Shown piece by piece: positions 1-10,314 of a stretch of 64,000 nt of DNA (the stretch's first letter is position 1; every line of letters starts with the position of its first letter). Under the pieces are notes generated by a model, which had not been told where the DNA came from, did not search any database, and saw nothing but the letters and a program-made list of their open reading frames with translations. A program made the translations under genes and the position numbers. The stretch comes from an uncultured Clostridia bacterium (GTDB taxonomy: Bacteria > Bacillota > Clostridia > TANB77 > UBA1234), in assembly GCA_947588905.1 (NCBI GenBank), contig CANQBB010000001.1, positions 6,789 to 70,788 on the forward strand. Direction: 5' to 3'.

Positions 1-201
1 TAGATCTTCATATTTTTTTATATCTTTTAAATTTAATACCTTATAAACAACAACACCAAAAAGTATACTAGCAAGTATAACTCCCCATAAACCTTCATTT
101 GAAAATCTATTAAAAAAACTAGCTACTTCTTGCCCTGATGCAAAACCAGCACCTATAAAAGTGCCAATTATTATCATTAAACATTTGAATATATTCTTCA
201 T
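1..201 (-). CDS. 5' part of a membrane protein gene (MKNIFKCLMIIIGTFIGAGFASGQEV...) that continues beyond the window start
   Basis: ATG at 199-201 on the minus strand with an AGGAGA Shine-Dalgarno upstream. The reading frame is hydrophobic and open to position 1. It was missed by the ORF track because it has no stop inside the window. Confidence 0.4.
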   Translation of the reverse strand, partial: MKNIFKCLMIIIGTFIGAGFASGQEVASFFNRFSNEGLWGVILASILFGVVVYKVLNLKDIKKYEDL

Positions 202-372
202 ACACTTCTCCTTGAAAAATAAGTGTATAACAATTCTTGTAAATTATTATACCATATAAAAATTTAATCTACCACTATTTCAAGAAAACATCTCATTTTT
301 ATCTTTATATTAGTTATATTTTGTTTCTTTACATTTTTATTCATTTTTATAAATATAATTACAAAAAAAATT

Positions 373-404
373 AATCGGATGCCTATAAAAGACATCCGAT
401 TTTT
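373..404 (-). terminator. Bidirectional rho-independent terminator hairpin (aatcggatg...catccgatt) with flanking T-runs
   Basis: Perfect 9-bp inverted repeat followed by T-runs on both strands. It lies immediately downstream of the SLH gene that ends at 482. Confidence 0.45.
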
Positions 405-481
405 ATCTTTTGCGATTTAAGTATTTTTTACTTTTGTATCTCGCATATTATCTCATTTGTTTTTTAAAACTCTTTCGTACC

Positions 482-1222
482 TTAATAAATTCTTATTAAA
501 GCTCTAGCAGTTTCTCCTCTAGTTATATTTTTATGTGGCTCAAATTTTTTCATAGAACTATCGCCACTTGAAGAAGCATCTTTCATTCCTTCTAACAAAT
601 CATAGCTAGCTGCATGCAATAATAAGTCTTTCTCTTCTTCTGTAAGATCATCTATATCAGTAAAGATTAGATGCCCAAGTTGATTTTGTTCAATACCTTT
701 CATCTTAAGTTGAACTTTTGCAAGCATACATACAACTTCAAGCCTTGTAATAGGTTCTTCTAATTCTTCATCTGTATACTTACCTTTTTCAATAATTCCT
801 TGCATTTCCGCAAGTGATACATAGTGCCTAGCCCAGCTAGTATATGATGTAGGTATTGACGAAAAATTAAATGTTCTATTTGTTGCAAGTCCCATAAGCA
901 TTTTTATAAACTCAGCTCTTGTTATAGGATTATCAGGTTTAAAAGTTCCATCTTCATATCCATTGATTATTCCAATCCTTGCAGCCATCAATATTTCTCT
1001 TTTGTTTTCAACATCAAATGTTTCATACTCTCTTTTTTGTTTGTTATAAACCTGATATGTAAGGTCAGGAAAATTAGCATTAAGATTTATCTCATAAGAA
1101 CCTGCTGTAGAAACAACATTCTGTGGCATTTCGCCTGATGATACTTCAGTAGCAATTACATTAAAACTACAAATAATTAAAACTGAAACTACAACAAGTG
1201 TTATAATTCTTGCTTTTTTCAT
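482..1222 (-). CDS. SLH (S-layer homology) domain protein, secreted
   Basis: N-terminal signal peptide. SLH-type motifs FKPDNPITRAEFIKMLMGLA and NITRGETARALIRIY. Confidence 0.55.
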   Translation of the reverse strand: MKKARIITLVVVSVLIICSFNVIATEVSSGEMPQNVVSTAGSYEINLNANFPDLTYQVYNKQKREYETFDVENKREILMAARIGIINGYEDGTFKPDNPITRAEFIKMLMGLATNRTFNFSSIPTSYTSWARHYVSLAEMQGIIEKGKYTDEELEEPITRLEVVCMLAKVQLKMKGIEQNQLGHLIFTDIDDLTEEEKDLLLHAASYDLLEGMKDASSSGDSSMKKFEPHKNITRGETARALIRIY

Positions 1223-1315
1223 GTTTTCCCTCCTCTATCGACATTTTATTATTACATATAGATTTCTTCAAGGCTTGTAACAGCATTGTAATTTTTTTTT
1301 AATATTACTGTAATA

Positions 1316-4300
1316 TTAGTGTGTTCCCACAGATGTAGTGTTATCCATTATGCTTATTCCAACTTGATAAATAATTACTGGTGCATACCCTTCTAAATTG
1401 TCAATTATTACTTGCTTATTTGCATCATTTTCTTTTAGTTTAGGTAAATCTATAACTTTATTTAAATTTTCTCTTTGCCATTGAGTTTTGCTCTTTGGTA
1501 ATTCATAAGATAAGTATCCATTTCCTGCTTCATCTAGTGAAATTATTTTGAAAAGAACTATTAAATATCCATTTTCATATTTTGGGCTGTTTACTGGTGC
1601 ACCTTTATCTACTATTTTAGCTGATGCGGGTACACTAAATTTTCCATACCAATGAGTAGCATAAGTTAATAATTCATTTTCTGTCTTTTTTGATGCTGTT
1701 ATTGCATTAGGTCCATATATTTCTTTAAATTCATTTATATAATTTAAATATGGTAAACTTAAATATTTACTAATAATTGTATTAGAATATTTTCCAATAC
1801 TTCTTGTTGTTGTAGTGCTAAAATTGTATCTATCATTTATTTCACTAAGAAGTCTTGCTCTTGTAAGTTCTTGTATTACTGATGTTTTTAAAATATTACT
1901 ATCTCTTAATTTCATTCTTATATCAGTTAAATCGCTACTCAAAATATTAACCATCTTACCATTATTATTAACATATATATCTACTTCTTTAGATGTTTTA
2001 CCATCTTCACTAACATATATAAATTTTGGTACTATAGAAATTGCATTGTTTTTTAATCCTTTAGTGTTAATGTTGTAGAAAAATGATGTTCCAAGTTTTA
2101 CCCCATAATTATATTTATCTGGTTGATTTTTAGATTGTCCTACTGGAATGCTATTTGCCTTATATTCTTTATCTTCACTTGCAAATAAGCTTTCTCCCCA
2201 TTTTTCATCTCCAGTTACTTTTGAATCATCTATATTTATTATTGTGAAATCATATAATCTTCCAATAATTTCAACATCATCCGCTTTATTAGCAGACACA
2301 ATTCCGAAGCCTTCTACATTAGCTTCGATTGTAGCATCTAAAATATATTCTTTTTCAGTAACCCATATAGGAACAATCAAATTATCTGCAACAATAATCT
2401 CAGACAAATCATTAACGTTCAAATTATTTATAGTTCCAGCTGATACAAAGTTTCCATTCATATAAGTATCAAAAGGAATTCTTAACTTAATAGTGTATCC
2501 TAAAATATTTAATCCCTCTGCTCCAGTAACTTTAACTTTCAATACAACTTTTCCCGCTCTATCTAATACCCAATAATCTTCATTTTCTTTTTGATTGATA
2601 TATTGATTCTCTAAATCGTTTACTTTCATTTCTATATCAATTTCAAATTTAAGTTCAATTTTCTTATATACAAAAGCTATATGTCTTCTTTGATTTCCTT
2701 GTGTAAATTTTGTAGTTACTTCATCTTCAGTTCCTTTTAATTGGATAGGAATTTTTATATTTGAAAATTCATCTACAGAATCTTCATATACATATCCTTT
2801 ATACATATACATATCTTGTTTTAAGTCTAATGCCTTTTTCAATATATCTTTATCAACAGATTCTTCTGTAATAACTGGAGGTTTATCTGGTATAGCATTT
2901 CCATTTTCATCAACATAAGAAACTTTTATTTGTGGTATGGAAGGTTTTGGTTCGTCTGTATTAGTTGGCATATAACCTAAAATAATATGAACCTTATTTT
3001 CACCAATATCCTTCAAATTAAATAAATCTCCACTAGAAGGATTTAGCTCTTCTCCTAAATATGATAAAAAGTATTCTGGATTTGTTTTTATAATATTTCC
3101 TACATAGTTATAATCAGCTAAATTTAAATTTAACATGTTTTCAACATCATTTGTATTAACTATGTGTCCTGTTGCATCATCATAAGGTACTTCTTTTTGA
3201 TATTTTAAGTCTCCTGTTTTATTATATATTTTTATAGTTACTTTTTTCTCTGTCTCATCTATTAAATATTTTCCTGTATATAACATATTATTTTGTCCAT
3301 CTTTTATTTTATAAACTGATAATCTTGCTTCTTTATCAAAATTATCTTTTTCCTTTTCATATACAAATATAATTTGTTTTTTAGCACCTTTTGAAACATC
3401 TGCTGCTGTTATATTGATAGTAGTGTCTTTATTTTCACTTTCAACTTTTATTGGTAATGAAGGTGTTTTTAAATCATTTTTAGCTATAAGTCCAACATAT
3501 TTATAACCTTCAATATTCCAAGCAGTTTTAGGATAATTTCCTTCTCCTACATTTTTAAATTCACTATATGGAATATCATTTAGTTTTATAATATTTCCTG
3601 TATCTTTATCTACAGCTACTACTAATGTTGCAGCTAAATTGTTTGTAATATAATCCCAACCTTCATAAATTATAGCCTTATGAGGATCATTAGTTACAAC
3701 TCCTAAATAATTTCCATAGTTTGTCCAAGTTTCTGTTGTAACACTATCACTATATTTAACTCTTTTATATACTTTTAATGTTACATTTTTTCCACTTGCC
3801 TTAACTTTATAATTATATGTTTTTCCTCCAGTAACATATAATGTCTCTCCATTCCACTTTACTGGTATTCCACATCTTCCAGGTGGATAATACCTATACA
3901 TTCTATTACTTCCATTTGAAGACCTTTTATTCATATTCAAGTAAAATATTTTATTTGAACTCCAAGGTTCTTTTGCATATGTAAGTTTCCAAGAACCTCC
4001 GGCCCTCTTGTATAAGTCGCACGAACATTGATATACTCCATTTACAAAAACATACTCTTCATCTTTTTCAAAAAGCGCACATGCTACTTTATCCATCCAT
4101 TCCATTTTATCTATCAAACCCATATTATATTTATTACTTGCACTAGAAATTGCATATGTTGCAGATTTAAATTCATTATAAGTAAAATAATCTTTAATCC
4201 AAGTACTGCTACTATTACTCTTTCCACGATGCTCATAATAAGAAAATTTATAATCTTCTATAGAGCCTTTTCCTGGAACTCTTATATTAGTTCTTTTAAT

Positions 4301-4909
4301 TTGCTTACTTTCAGAGTTATGTGGCTTTAATAAAAATAGAATTTCTGCTCTAACATCATATGCAACAACTCCATCTATTACATCTTGCATATTCTTTGCC
4401 ACAGTATTATTCCCATTTTTAACTGCTGCTTCTTTTATTATTTCAGCTAATAAATTTATATCATTTTTAGTAACACCAAAATTTTTAACTTTATTATTGT
4501 CAAACCATTTTATTATATGTGAATATGTATTATCTGTAAAAATAGTTTTTCCACTTCTAACATAATCATGTTTTGCATTTGTAGTATTAGTTTTATCAAC
4601 TCCTAAATACATATATTGCATTTTAGTATCAGTTGTTCCATTGCTATTTGTTTTATAAATATGATTTATATAATATTCTTTTGGAACAGCTACATATTTT
4701 TCTGAATTCCAGTCATATACTCTTATAACGTATCTTGTTCCTGTTACATCAAATTTTGCCCAGTACTTCCATCTTCTATCAGCGCCTTCACCTCCAGAAC
4801 TACCTCCTCCACTTGTTCCTCCAACAATATTAGTATCGAACCCATCTGCCTGTACTATCGGTACAAAGATAAATAAAAACGAAAAAATAACTGCTAAAAA
4901 TTTCTTCAT
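1316..4909 (-). CDS. Large secreted protein (1197 aa) of unknown function with a Gly/Ser-rich linker after the signal peptide
   Basis: Long ORF with signal peptide MKKFLAVIFSFLFIFVPIVQA followed by GGTSGGGSSGGEG. I recognise no catalytic motif. It is flanked by SLH-protein genes. Confidence 0.55.
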   Translation of the reverse strand: MKKFLAVIFSFLFIFVPIVQADGFDTNIVGGTSGGGSSGGEGADRRWKYWAKFDVTGTRYVIRVYDWNSEKYVAVPKEYYINHIYKTNSNGTTDTKMQYMYLGVDKTNTTNAKHDYVRSGKTIFTDNTYSHIIKWFDNNKVKNFGVTKNDINLLAEIIKEAAVKNGNNTVAKNMQDVIDGVVAYDVRAEILFLLKPHNSESKQIKRTNIRVPGKGSIEDYKFSYYEHRGKSNSSSTWIKDYFTYNEFKSATYAISSASNKYNMGLIDKMEWMDKVACALFEKDEEYVFVNGVYQCSCDLYKRAGGSWKLTYAKEPWSSNKIFYLNMNKRSSNGSNRMYRYYPPGRCGIPVKWNGETLYVTGGKTYNYKVKASGKNVTLKVYKRVKYSDSVTTETWTNYGNYLGVVTNDPHKAIIYEGWDYITNNLAATLVVAVDKDTGNIIKLNDIPYSEFKNVGEGNYPKTAWNIEGYKYVGLIAKNDLKTPSLPIKVESENKDTTINITAADVSKGAKKQIIFVYEKEKDNFDKEARLSVYKIKDGQNNMLYTGKYLIDETEKKVTIKIYNKTGDLKYQKEVPYDDATGHIVNTNDVENMLNLNLADYNYVGNIIKTNPEYFLSYLGEELNPSSGDLFNLKDIGENKVHIILGYMPTNTDEPKPSIPQIKVSYVDENGNAIPDKPPVITEESVDKDILKKALDLKQDMYMYKGYVYEDSVDEFSNIKIPIQLKGTEDEVTTKFTQGNQRRHIAFVYKKIELKFEIDIEMKVNDLENQYINQKENEDYWVLDRAGKVVLKVKVTGAEGLNILGYTIKLRIPFDTYMNGNFVSAGTINNLNVNDLSEIIVADNLIVPIWVTEKEYILDATIEANVEGFGIVSANKADDVEIIGRLYDFTIINIDDSKVTGDEKWGESLFASEDKEYKANSIPVGQSKNQPDKYNYGVKLGTSFFYNINTKGLKNNAISIVPKFIYVSEDGKTSKEVDIYVNNNGKMVNILSSDLTDIRMKLRDSNILKTSVIQELTRARLLSEINDRYNFSTTTTRSIGKYSNTIISKYLSLPYLNYINEFKEIYGPNAITASKKTENELLTYATHWYGKFSVPASAKIVDKGAPVNSPKYENGYLIVLFKIISLDEAGNGYLSYELPKSKTQWQRENLNKVIDLPKLKENDANKQVIIDNLEGYAPVIIYQVGISIMDNTTSVGTH

Positions 4910-4921
4910 AGAAATCCCCTC

Positions 4922-5566
4922 CTAACTGTTAATAAACAGATAAATAATATTTGCTATGTCGGCTCGTGTCATATTTATATTAGGATTAAAAGTTCTTTCA
5001 TTATTTAATAAAATAAATCCTCTTTCAACAGAATGTCCAATCAATGTTTGTCCTATTTCATCAACACCTTTTAAATCTGAAAAATTTACGTTCGTAAAAA
5101 CTTGATTTTGATTCTTAATTTTTAAATCTGCTTTTGCTAAGAGTATAGCTACATCTTTTTTCGTTATTAAATCATCAATATTTATTTCTGATACTTTTAA
5201 TACATTGTTTTTTTCAAGTAATTCTGCATATTTTAAATAATCATCTCCTGAAATATCTTTATAGTTTGCGCTACTTAGTGATGCTTTAGCAAGTATTTTT
5301 ATAAATTCTCCATTTGTTACTTTGTTATCTGGATAAAACTTTTCATCTCCACTGACACTCATAATATCTCTTTGCACGAGAAAATCAATTGCTGTACTTG
5401 CTTCATTAGAAATAGGAACATCATTGAATAACATTTCTATATCATCTTCTTCTGGTATTTCTATTACTTCATCTCTTGATTTAAAATAATTAAAAGCAAA
5501 AAAGCCTCCAATTGTAAAAATAATTAGTATACTAATTATAATTATTACAATATATTTTTTCTTCAT
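4922..5566 (-). CDS. Membrane-anchored protein with SLH-like repeats
   Basis: The ATG at 5564-5566 is preceded by a GGAGGTG RBS, whereas the ORF-track start at 5581 is GTG. There is one N-terminal TM helix. Motifs KFYPDNKVTNGEFIKILAKA and NINMTRADIANIIY resemble SLH. Confidence 0.45.
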   Translation of the reverse strand: MKKKYIVIIIISILIIFTIGGFFAFNYFKSRDEVIEIPEEDDIEMLFNDVPISNEASTAIDFLVQRDIMSVSGDEKFYPDNKVTNGEFIKILAKASLSSANYKDISGDDYLKYAELLEKNNVLKVSEINIDDLITKKDVAILLAKADLKIKNQNQVFTNVNFSDLKGVDEIGQTLIGHSVERGFILLNNERTFNPNINMTRADIANIIYLFINS

Positions 5567-5694
5567 AGAATGCACCTCCACTTAACATAATTATATCATG
5601 TTAATGGGGGTTATTTACATGGTAATTGTTGGCAAGAAAAAAAGTAGATCTAACAATACTAATTGTTAAATCTACTCATATGTTTTTAATAATT

Positions 5695-6336
5695 TTATTT
5701 TGCTGTATCTATTACTGGTAATGTGAACATGAAAGTTTGTGCATCTGAATTTATTCCTGCTTTCTCCATGATAGCATTCATAACATTTTGTTTGTCTTTA
5801 CTTTCAACAACAATAAAAATCATTTCTTTTTCTGCACCAACTGTTGTTCCAAAAAATCTTTCTGCTTCTTCTTCTCCTGTTCCTCTTGCATGAATAACAG
5901 TTCCTCCTCTTGCTCCTGCAGCTCTTGCAACTGTCATAACATTATCTGTATATCCTCTATTTGCCACAGCAATAATAAGTTCATTTTCAAATTTTATAGC
6001 CACATTACTCACCTCATCTTCATTACTTTTTCCTTTTAAATAATTCAATACTGAAATACCTCCAACACTTATAATTGGAATAGTAAATGCAACTCCTCCA
6101 TGTCCACAATCACTTAATAAATCCGTCATAATTTTTTTTGAAATTCCATATGGCATTGTACTAAACAAAACACACTTTTCTCTATCTGGTACAAAAATTT
6201 TTCCAATATCACTAGTTGCTGTTCCCCTTCCATATCTTCCAAGTGTAAGCGATATACCACGTTTATTTAAAAAACTGATTGCACTCTCACTTAAATCTCT
6301 TCTTAAAATTGAAACCATCATAACTAGATTATTCAC
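5695..6336 (-). CDS. Tandem P-II-like (GlnB-fold) signal-transduction protein, the usual partner of a DUF1538 transporter
   Basis: Two roughly 100-aa halves. The second half carries P-II-like motifs (GGTVIHARGTGEE, EKEMIFIVVESKD). It overlaps the 3' end of the DUF1538 gene. Confidence 0.45.
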   Translation of the reverse strand: MNNLVMMVSILRRDLSESAISFLNKRGISLTLGRYGRGTATSDIGKIFVPDREKCVLFSTMPYGISKKIMTDLLSDCGHGGVAFTIPIISVGGISVLNYLKGKSNEDEVSNVAIKFENELIIAVANRGYTDNVMTVARAAGARGGTVIHARGTGEEEAERFFGTTVGAEKEMIFIVVESKDKQNVMNAIMEKAGINSDAQTFMFTLPVIDTAK

Positions 6337-7852
6337 TTTCCCACATCCAATCTATTTCAATAATTTCTTCTTTGCCGTGAACATCAAATATTTCTTTTCT
6401 ATCTCTCAATTTATATTTATATAGTAAGCCAACTAACTGTATGCAAACAACTGGAATTGCAGCTGCAACCGCAACTATTCCAAATGCATCTGTTAACACA
6501 TCTCCGCCAACTATATTGCAAACACCAATAGAAAATGGAATTAGAAATACAGCTGTCATTGTTCCTGATGCAACTCCACCAGAGTCAAAAGCAATTGCAG
6601 TAAAAATTTCTGGTGTAAAAAATGAAAGTATGAATGCAAGTACATAACACGGAATTAAAATCCATAAAATAGATACTCCTGTTATAATTCTAAGCATAGA
6701 AAGTCCAATAGCAAGTGCAATTCCAATTTCTTGTGAAAACATCATAAGTTTTTCTGGAATTGCTCCATCTGTAATATCACTAATTTGTCTAACTAACACA
6801 ACAACCGCCGGCTCTGCTTTTACCATAAAATATCCAAGAATCATTCCAATAGGAATAATAATCCAATTATTAGGTGCACTTGCAACCGCTTCTCCAATGA
6901 AACTTCCTGCAGGCATAAAACCGACTTTCGTTCCAGTTGAAAATAATACAAGACCGACATAAACGTAGAAAGCACCAACAATAATTTTATACATTTCCTT
7001 CTTGCTTACTTTAAATGCAAATAATCTAAATAAAATAAATAAAATCAAAATTGGAAGCAATGACATTGCTACTTCTTTCATGTAAATTGGAATTTTACTA
7101 CTAAACAATTCCCACAATTCTTTTGAGCTTCCAATTTCATGTACAAAATCTAAATTATAACTAACCTCTGTAACATTATAAAATAATCCTAATATTAAAA
7201 CTGCTAAAACTGGTCCAACAGAACAAATTGCAAGTAATCCGAAACTATCATTTTCTGCATTTTTGTCGCTTCTCATAGCTGCCGCTCCGGCACCAATTGC
7301 AACAATAAATGGAACGGATACAGCTCCAGTAGTTACACCTCCACTATCAAAAGCTACTGCCCAAAATTCTTTTGGACAAAATATAACTAAAAGAAAAACT
7401 ATTGCATATAAAATCATTAAAATATATTTTAATTTCATTCCAAACTTAATTCTAAAAAATGCAATTGCTAAAAGTAATCCGCTTCCTATTGCAACTGTTA
7501 AAACAAGTAATAATGATGGTATTTCATGAATTTGATTAGCATAAACAGATAAATCTGGTTCTGACATTATAACAATAATACCTATAATTACTATCAAAAG
7601 AATGCTAACAAATATTTTTTTATGAGTTGATATATATGCACCAATTCTTTCACCAATAACAGTCATTGACATTTCAGCACCAAGTGTGAATAATGCAATT
7701 CCTGCAACTAACATTATTGCTCCAACTATAAATAAAATAAATACATCTATGCTAACAGGAGCAATTCCAAAACATAATATTGCAACCGCAATAGATATTG
7801 GAAGAATTGCAGATAGTGCTTCTTTAAATTTATTCTTTATATTTTCTTTCAT
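6329..7852 (-). CDS. DUF1538-family polytopic membrane protein (internal duplication, two AFDSGGV motifs)
   Basis: 507 aa with about 12 TM helices. AFDSGGVTTGAVSVPF and AFDSGGVASGTMTAVF are repeated. ATG start with RBS. Confidence 0.55.
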   Translation of the reverse strand: MKENIKNKFKEALSAILPISIAVAILCFGIAPVSIDVFILFIVGAIMLVAGIALFTLGAEMSMTVIGERIGAYISTHKKIFVSILLIVIIGIIVIMSEPDLSVYANQIHEIPSLLLVLTVAIGSGLLLAIAFFRIKFGMKLKYILMILYAIVFLLVIFCPKEFWAVAFDSGGVTTGAVSVPFIVAIGAGAAAMRSDKNAENDSFGLLAICSVGPVLAVLILGLFYNVTEVSYNLDFVHEIGSSKELWELFSSKIPIYMKEVAMSLLPILILFILFRLFAFKVSKKEMYKIIVGAFYVYVGLVLFSTGTKVGFMPAGSFIGEAVASAPNNWIIIPIGMILGYFMVKAEPAVVVLVRQISDITDGAIPEKLMMFSQEIGIALAIGLSMLRIITGVSILWILIPCYVLAFILSFFTPEIFTAIAFDSGGVASGTMTAVFLIPFSIGVCNIVGGDVLTDAFGIVAVAAAIPVVCIQLVGLLYKYKLRDRKEIFDVHGKEEIIEIDWMWESE

Positions 7853-7986
7853 GCTAAATTCTTCACCCCTTATTAGTTCAATTTAATTATACAATAAAAA
7901 TAACAATAGGACAAACATTATTTAATTAAAAAACAAGACAGTATAAGTATCCATATACCTATACTGTCTCGTTTTTATAGGGGAAT

Positions 7987-8337
7987 CTATTTCAATTTAT
8001 TGATAATATCTTCTTTATTCAATCCAAATTTATATAATTCATTAAATTCTTTTTGAATATTTTGAATTTTATTTTCAATAGTATTATTTGTAATTTGTTT
8101 TGTATCGTCTGCAATAAATGTTCCTTTTGTAGATATAGTAATTATTGCCCCTCTATTTTCAAGTTCTTCATAAGCTTTCTTAACTGTATTTGGATTTATT
8201 CCAAGATTAGTTGCAAGCTCTCTTATAGACCAAATTTGTTCTTTTGGTTTTAAAACTCCTAATGCAATAAGCCTTTCAAATTGATTTACAATCTGCTCAT
8301 AAATAGGAGTTCTATTTTGATAATCTAAAACAATCAT
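7987..8337 (-). CDS. GntR-family (YtrA-like) transcriptional regulator
   Basis: wHTH motif IWSIRELATNLGINPNTVKKAYEELENRG. 116 aa. It lies directly downstream of the ABC ATPase and permease genes. Confidence 0.7.
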   Translation of the reverse strand: MIVLDYQNRTPIYEQIVNQFERLIALGVLKPKEQIWSIRELATNLGINPNTVKKAYEELENRGAIITISTKGTFIADDTKQITNNTIENKIQNIQKEFNELYKFGLNKEDIINKLK

Positions 8338-8349
8338 CTTTATAACCTC

Positions 8350-10314
8350 CTATTCTAATATTTCGCCACTTGATGCAATAGTTTCAGTAATTGGAATATC
8401 AATGGTTTCAGTGATAGGCATACCTGTTGGGTAATCATAATAATATTTTTCATCATTTCCATAATAATCTTTTATTTCTTCTGGATGTTCATTATAAATT
8501 TTTAATAAAACATCTATTAATCCTTGAGTATTATTTGTATAAAAGTTTAATACACTACCTCCAGTTATATAAGCATATTCTTTTGTATTAGTAACTTCTG
8601 CTTCATAATTTTGTCTAATAAAATCACAAATCTCACGTCTTCCAACATATTCTAATGCACCTATATTATTTTTTATAATATCTGGCACAGACATATTGTA
8701 GAAAAGTATTGTATTTATCCATCGCATATCTTCATATTCTATAGATTCAAAAGCTCTCTCATTAAATTTTTTTGCTGATAGTTTAAATATATTTTCGCTT
8801 AAATTTATTGGATATTCAGCAATTTTTAATTCATGTTTTCTATATTCATAAACAATAATTTTTCTATATCCATAATTATCTTGATTAGATAAATTTTTTA
8901 ATTCATCATAAGTAGTTTCTTTTAATACTCTATTAAGTTCATTTTTTAATTCTTTTTCTTCTTCTTTAGAAAATTCTATTCCACTATATCTAGACCCTAA
9001 AATGATTTTAGCACTATCACTAATAGTTGTTTTATTGATAATTACATCTGTTAGCTCATTTAGCTTTTCATTTCTCATATGAACATAAGACTTGTAAGAT
9101 GAACCATTGAATCTAATTATTCTTATTTTAACTCCTGTTCTATCATTTCTTGAATCATAATTATATTCTGATGACATACTTCCTAATAATTCTTTAATTT
9201 CTTTACTATCCTTTGTTTCAAAATTAAATAATCCATTTGAATCTTCAACCCTTAATTCAGCAATTGAATCACTATCAAAATTTTTACTTATTCCATCATC
9301 AATAGATATGAATAGCATGTATGCACCATATATCGCAATTACTGAGAAAATTAATCCAACTATGTTATCTCTAATTTTCATTCTCTTATTTGTAATTAAA
9401 TCATATAAGAAATAATAAATAGTTATAATTGCAAGAACAATCATGATAATACTAAAATCAGAATCCATTCCAATTCCAACTAAATATGCAACAAATGGTA
9501 CTAGAGTTAATCCTTTTACAACAAAATGAACTATTTTATTTTCAAAAGATTCTCCTGCAACTTCCATTTTTCTCTTATTAAATGCTATTAATCCAATTAT
9601 AAAATATATAATTGAAAGTCCTATCATCTTATACATTGATATTTCATTAAATTCATATTTACCATCATTAGCAACTAAAAATGGTGCCGTATAATTTAAA
9701 CTTTCATCAACTTCTATTACTCTTGAACCGTTTACTAAAACATCATAATCATTACTGCTATTATACAATAATACAAAGAAATGTGTAAAAGGAACTATAA
9801 ATGTTATAAGTAAAGTAAGTGCAATTTGTGTTAAAACATTTCCAGATAAACTCATTGCTAAATTAGCTATTGTAAAAACAAAAATATATGCAATAGTCTG
9901 GAAAATTAAAATATCTAATGCCATACTAACAAAAATCGTACATTCGGTTATCATTCCTAACAGTATTGACAAAAGAAATGTTACTAATTGAAGTAAAACA
10001 ATTAAAACAATTCCACCAATTGTATTAGTGATGAAAATACACTTTCTACTAATCGGCATTGAACCCATAAAATCTACACTTGTTTTCTTAAATACATATC
10101 CAAATAAACAAAATGAAAAAATAAATGGAATTATATATAATCCAAAAATATTAATTAATCCTAGTTCTGCAAACTCAAATACTTCTTGCCCTGCTGATAT
10201 TATCATTAAACTTGTAAAAAGAGGAACTATTATAAAAAATAATATAAGTGCCATTTTAGACTTTTTAAAATTTTGAAGCAAATACTTAAAATTAAACAAT
10301 TTCGTTAAACTCAT
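8350..10314 (-). CDS. ABC-2-type permease with a large extracytoplasmic C-terminal domain
   Basis: Six TM helices in the N-terminal half, then a roughly 330-aa soluble domain. The exact start is uncertain: the ORF-track start at 10353 overlaps the ATPase gene, and a start at MSLTKL (10314) is more plausible. Confidence 0.5.
   Translation of the reverse strand: MSLTKLFNFKYLLQNFKKSKMALILFFIIVPLFTSLMIISAGQEVFEFAELGLINIFGLYIIPFIFSFCLFGYVFKKTSVDFMGSMPISRKCIFITNTIGGIVLIVLLQLVTFLLSILLGMITECTIFVSMALDILIFQTIAYIFVFTIANLAMSLSGNVLTQIALTLLITFIVPFTHFFVLLYNSSNDYDVLVNGSRVIEVDESLNYTAPFLVANDGKYEFNEISMYKMIGLSIIYFIIGLIAFNKRKMEVAGESFENKIVHFVVKGLTLVPFVAYLVGIGMDSDFSIIMIVLAIITIYYFLYDLITNKRMKIRDNIVGLIFSVIAIYGAYMLFISIDDGISKNFDSDSIAELRVEDSNGLFNFETKDSKEIKELLGSMSSEYNYDSRNDRTGVKIRIIRFNGSSYKSYVHMRNEKLNELTDVIINKTTISDSAKIILGSRYSGIEFSKEEEKELKNELNRVLKETTYDELKNLSNQDNYGYRKIIVYEYRKHELKIAEYPINLSENIFKLSAKKFNERAFESIEYEDMRWINTILFYNMSVPDIIKNNIGALEYVGRREICDFIRQNYEAEVTNTKEYAYITGGSVLNFYTNNTQGLIDVLLKIYNEHPEEIKDYYGNDEKYYYDYPTGMPITETIDIPITETIASSGEILE

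Noticed and set aside
1815-4330. Plus-strand ORFs (1815-2078, 2148-2465, 4028-4330) inside the 1197-aa minus-strand gene
   Set aside because: They are antisense to a long, well-supported ORF, low-complexity, Ile/Leu/Phe-rich as expected from AT-rich antisense, and lack an RBS.
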